Source: Amoebidium appalachense (lineage: Eukaryota; Protista; Ichthyosporea). Taken from it: a stretch of 64,000 nucleotides of DNA. Positions 59,773 to 64,000 of this stretch are shown piece after piece. The stretch spans positions 6,376,640-6,440,639 of the forward strand of contig CAVNZM010000013.1 of the NCBI GenBank assembly GCA_963693365.1, read 5' to 3'. The position numbers and the translations under genes are program-made. How positions within the stretch are numbered: the stretch's first letter is position 1; the number at the start of each line of letters is the position of its first letter. The notes under the pieces were generated by a model. That model was not told the origin of the DNA, searched no databases, and worked only from the letters and a program-made list of their open reading frames with translations.

Positions 59773-61476
59773 TCACTCACACGACCACGACGCCATTGCC
59801 GCCCGATTTCCTGCACTTGCGTCGGACACGGCACTCCCAGTACTCTTCCTGGCTGCTTTCATTCTCTCCTCCACAACCATCTCCCACAAAACCGCATTTC
59901 TCGTCTTGTGGGTAAGAACCCCATCCGGGAGCGATTGAGACGCGATCCGCCCAGCATTTGGGGATTTCGATTGGCTGATTGTCATATCGGGCAACGGGCG
60001 ACCGAGAACAGAGAGTTTCTCTGCACTGCGCACGGCACTAGTGTCATCCATGACATTAAGGTGGCTTGATGCAAGTGACGCTCTCCCCCGTGTTTTCGTA
60101 TGGTGCATTTCGTTCCGTTGTGGACCGCAACCCAGCTGCGTGCTATTGCGGGAGCCTGAGCGCGGTTGGTCAACGTTATTGGCGTTTACGAGGTCCGGTG
60201 TGCTCCTTTGCGGAGTTTCGCCGATTAAACCCCTGCTTGCTTTGTGGACTAGGGAGAGTAAGAGTGCCTTTCTCGACACCAATGTGTCGCCACCAGCGGC
60301 CGTCCGCGATTTGGCATTTGTTTTCACGTCGAGGGAGGATTTCGTGCCGATGACGCCGCTTGTGAATGATCGCACTAACTGCGCCGCGGGGTTCGTCTTC
60401 TTGGTGTTTTCTTCTTTCCGGTTTGGAAGAGTGTCGATGTTTCCAACACTATTGTATGCGGGGGAGGACCCGGTAGAATGTCGTTTGCGTAATGTTCTGC
60501 CTGCGATGACTACAGCTCGCGCGTGTGAATGCTTGTCGACGATCGAAGGTGTAACCGTTAAAACAGCCGCCTCCGCGCGAGTAAATGTGGGGGCTTTCAA
60601 TAACGAGGATCTTGCATCCAAACTTGCGCTGCTGCAGTTTTTCCTGCCCATCCCAAATGAGTTCATTTGCGATTGAATGTGCCGCCGCCATAAGGAATCA
60701 CATTCGGATTGCTCTAACTGTGGCGTCGAAATTGAATCACACAGCTGTGTGGTGGATTGGTGTTGTAAACTAATGTTGGCAACTGTTGCCCGATTTGTGT
60801 TTCCTGTTGCACGTGTGTGGGCGAGAATTAGATCACAGTCTAGAGACCGATATTTCATTTTAAGTTTGCGATCCGGCGACGACGAATCAACATTCACCTT
60901 AAAGCCAAACGGGTGTTCATGATATGACTCGGTTGTGTTGCTTGCCGATTCACTGGCAGGCAAGTCTATTTCCATAGCAAGGAGACCTTCCAAATTGGTG
61001 ATAGGAACAGAACCACTACTAGTACTGCGTGAACGCGCCACGTCTTGCTGCTCTAGCGGGCGGGCGGCGGACAGACACATGGACACACCACGGAATGTAT
61101 CGCATTTTGTTTGATTGATGTTCGATGTGTGACTTCGTGTGCTGAGAAGTGAAGCATCCGTGGCTGCCGCTACATTATCCGAGGCCCGACCTTCACCATC
61201 ATACCCCACCGTAAGTTCGGTGACGTCGGGGGTCGAAAGAACCCATTTGTCTGCACCAGCAAGGTGCGGTGGGGTTTTTGAATTAAGAAATGCATCGGTG
61301 GATATCTGATTCAACACGGACGACGGGAGAAGTTTCCTCTCGCATGCTTCGAAAACATTCACAATTACGTTTTCCAGTGTGCTGAAAACTGCGGCTGAGG
61401 TCGACGGTTTGCGACCCATTTGTTTTTGGCTGGTGGTGCTTGTGGCATCATTTGGGGGTAGACCTCCTACTCGCAT
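59773..61476 (-). CDS. Intronless Ser/Thr-rich hypothetical protein (567 aa)
   Basis: Long non-repetitive ORF from ATG to stop in microsatellite-free DNA. No domain recognised. Confidence 0.65.
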   Translation of the reverse strand: MRVGGLPPNDATSTTSQKQMGRKPSTSAAVFSTLENVIVNVFEACERKLLPSSVLNQISTDAFLNSKTPPHLAGADKWVLSTPDVTELTVGYDGEGRASDNVAAATDASLLSTRSHTSNINQTKCDTFRGVSMCLSAARPLEQQDVARSRSTSSGSVPITNLEGLLAMEIDLPASESASNTTESYHEHPFGFKVNVDSSSPDRKLKMKYRSLDCDLILAHTRATGNTNRATVANISLQHQSTTQLCDSISTPQLEQSECDSLWRRHIQSQMNSFGMGRKNCSSASLDARSSLLKAPTFTRAEAAVLTVTPSIVDKHSHARAVVIAGRTLRKRHSTGSSPAYNSVGNIDTLPNRKEENTKKTNPAAQLVRSFTSGVIGTKSSLDVKTNAKSRTAAGGDTLVSRKALLLSLVHKASRGLIGETPQRSTPDLVNANNVDQPRSGSRNSTQLGCGPQRNEMHHTKTRGRASLASSHLNVMDDTSAVRSAEKLSVLGRPLPDMTISQSKSPNAGRIASQSLPDGVLTHKTRNAVLWEMVVEERMKAARKSTGSAVSDASAGNRAAMASWSCE

Positions 61477-61719
61477 GGTCGTTTAACATGTAATGCCTGG
61501 TGAACGTAGCATTAAAGAAAATTAGGACACATCGCCCTGTGCTAGGCTACTGATTATTACTATCAGACAACTTATAGCACTGAATGGCGCTAGTACATAG
61601 TAGTATACTAGTACCGTACACCTGCCATAAACATCACAGTGACTAGCTCTGTAGTTGCAGCACCGTCTCTTGTAGTTGCAGCGCCTACTATTCGACTGAT
61701 TAGTAATACTGTCAATACT

Positions 61720-63388
61720 CACAGCGAAAAAAGATGCGAATCTGTGTCCCGATTAAACCCTGATCACCATATGAGAATTGGGGCAAAATCGGGAAACCCG
61801 ATTCGTAATTAGCGACGTGATCGGGATGAAATTAGCCTGATTACACCCCGATTTTTTGATACCGATCACACCCTGATTCGCAAAAAAATCCCGATCACGC
61901 CCGTGACCGGGACACCCCGATTCCTTCCCGACCTTATTACCTACTTCCTGCCCTTTCGATACTGTGAACTTTACCCAAAGTTAAATACAAAAGAAGACAA
62001 CCGCAAGAATGCTGAAGTACACCGTGACTAGCTCGCGCCTTTACTTTGTTACTCGTACCACACACAGTGTGGTGTCAAGTCATGTTCTTCGTCATCACAC
62101 ACAGTGTGATGCAAGGTGTGATGCCGAGCCTGGAACAGCCCAACAACGGCTATTCAGCTGGGTAGAAAGCACTCACAATATATACAAAAGCAGACAGAAG
62201 GGTTTAGCACACAGAACCCTAGTATGAGCAACACCAGGTTGCAAGCATGAAGAGGCTATAGCTAAGTAGTCGTGGGGAGCCATAGAAGTATATAGCTTGG
62301 TTAGCAAACCGTTCACCTGCACACCTATGTGCACGTGTGTTAACCCTTATTCTAACGCAGATAATGGGCTGTGTTTCGACTCTTTAATTTGAGTACCAAT
62401 AGGTGTGGAACGATATAGTCAACTACTCAACATCCATCTTGCCCCTATACTTCACCATGCTGATGCCTTGGCTTACCTGTTAGAGCCTGTTAGAGCCGCT
62501 CACAAAACCCGAACTTGGCAAAGTCACAGTAGCAGGTTCAAGGACCTGCGATGGGGAAGAGACTTTTAGAACCTAGGGGTACGGTGTTATATAAGGCCAA
62601 AAAGGAGGCAACACAACGTGGCGTTCTCTGTAATACTGATGCAGCATAGACTGCAAGAAGTATAAACTAATAACAGAGCAACAAAGGCTCGCGATCGAGG
62701 ATATACAGATGCCTATGCACGGCTGGGCGTGGACGCCCAATTTCGACCAAGGCAAGCACAGAAGCGCTTACAAGTTTTAGGTTGTATCCTTCTTGCCGTG
62801 TGACCTCACGAGACAAAAAGAGGCTAGTATGTAAGTCAGAGGGTTCGTGAAGATGAGGTTATTAAAAAAAACTCACCTTGCCTGTGGCGCATAGCTCCGT
62901 TTTTCCAGACTCAAAACTCCTGCCTGCCCAAAAACAATATGCTTAAAAACATCAACTACTATTCTACGCAGTCTTGGGCCACGGCCCACTGCTGTGTATG
63001 CAAGTTGTAGATGGAGCCGCAGCAATCTCACCAAACACAAGACAAAAGCAAATGCGTGCAAGCGAGTTTAGAGTCGCCTGTTTCTTTACACCAAAACTTG
63101 CCAACGGTTGTCTTTGACGACCAGCTGCTGTCTAGGAATCTTTGCTACTAAATGCGCGCGAGTGGTGCGACTTGACCGACTTGCAAGTCTTTTTCTTGTT
63201 TGGTGTGGCCGTTAGGCCGCACATGGCATCACATTGATTCGGGCCGGGTCAAATTTGCGTAGTCGGGAAGAATTCCGGACGAAATCGGGAATAAATTTAG
63301 ACCTCATTACAGTCTACCAATCAGAATAGCTGGCTTAATTCGTGATCGGGGATCATCGGGAGCCGGATTCGCACTTTTTTTTGCTGTG
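61720..63388. mobile_element. Non-autonomous CACTA/CMC-superfamily DNA transposon
   Basis: Imperfect ~50-bp TIRs starting CACAGC (cacagcgaaaaaagatgcgaatc... vs reverse complement cacagcaaaaaaaagtgcgaatc...). Exact 3-bp TSD ACT (61717-19 and 63389-91). Many subterminal cccgat/atcggg repeats. No transposase ORF. Confidence 0.8.
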
Positions 63389-64000
63389 ACTGGCCAGGTG
63401 CAATGGAAATCATGAAGTTGGTAGCACTCAACAGATACTGATCAATACGGGTAGGGACACATGCATGTGCTTAGTGTCATTGCTTTCAGAGTTAAGCAGC
63501 CTGAGGCTCCTGGTTCAGAAAACGATCGAAGCTTTATAATATCGGAGACGGTGCTTGTTTTCAAGAGAAATCAAAAACCTACAGGACACTACACTTGGCT
63601 CTTGGTAGTCGTCTCTAACTTGTAGCCTTCAGTTGTCTGACTTGTAACGTGTGACATGCAGTGCCCTTCAACGTTGGCAGGTAATTATTTCAAAACGGCC
63701 CGGGCCATGCCGGGGGCCGGGCCAAATTCAGAATAGCAATGTGACGTCACGGAGGGCCTCCGGAGATAACGCGCCTATGTCTAACGACTCAAAAGATTCA
63801 AAACAACCACACAAACATGTACACGGCTAAAGCTCTGAATACCTTCTACATGTGAAAACGAAGTGGTAGCTTTGTGGCATTAAGGCAAATGGGCGAGACT
63901 TGTGCTAGTGTAATAATGCACTGACGGTCACAGCTGTGCCCCCACTGTGACCGGTGACCCCTATTTTTGTAGGCCTACCGTGTCTTTCCGTGCGGAGCTT

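Overview
Eukaryotic genomic DNA, probably holozoan: RPS28 carries the animal-type [11 protein letters not shown] motif. Introns are densely filled with (CA)n/(GT)n, poly-C/poly-G and (CT)n tracts, and most ORFs in the track are artefacts of these repeats. By-eye splicing gives four intron-containing genes: a membrane protein with two TB2/DP1/HVA22-like domains (+, 5'-truncated), a DBF4-like Cdc7 activator (-), RPS28 (+) and a three-repeat Myb factor (+). There are also an intronless six-finger C2H2 gene, an intronless orphan ORF, a non-autonomous CACTA/CMC-type transposon, a MITE and a ~30-copy array of a ~35-bp motif. The main finding is a dispersed intronic repeat family whose ~160-nt head folds, with compensatory changes between three divergent copies (5060, 6849, 9341), into a complete hammerhead ribozyme core (CUGANGA, GAAA, GUU site, stems I-III). 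Its strands occur in a non-circularly permuted, pseudoknotted order. The head is followed by a ~100-nt tail ending at poly-C. Several near-identical 5'-truncated copies all start downstream of the predicted cleavage site, and every intronic copy is sense to its host gene. This looks like a ribozyme-headed, poly-C-associated retroelement or intronic RNA system. All structures and gene models were derived by eye and are untested.
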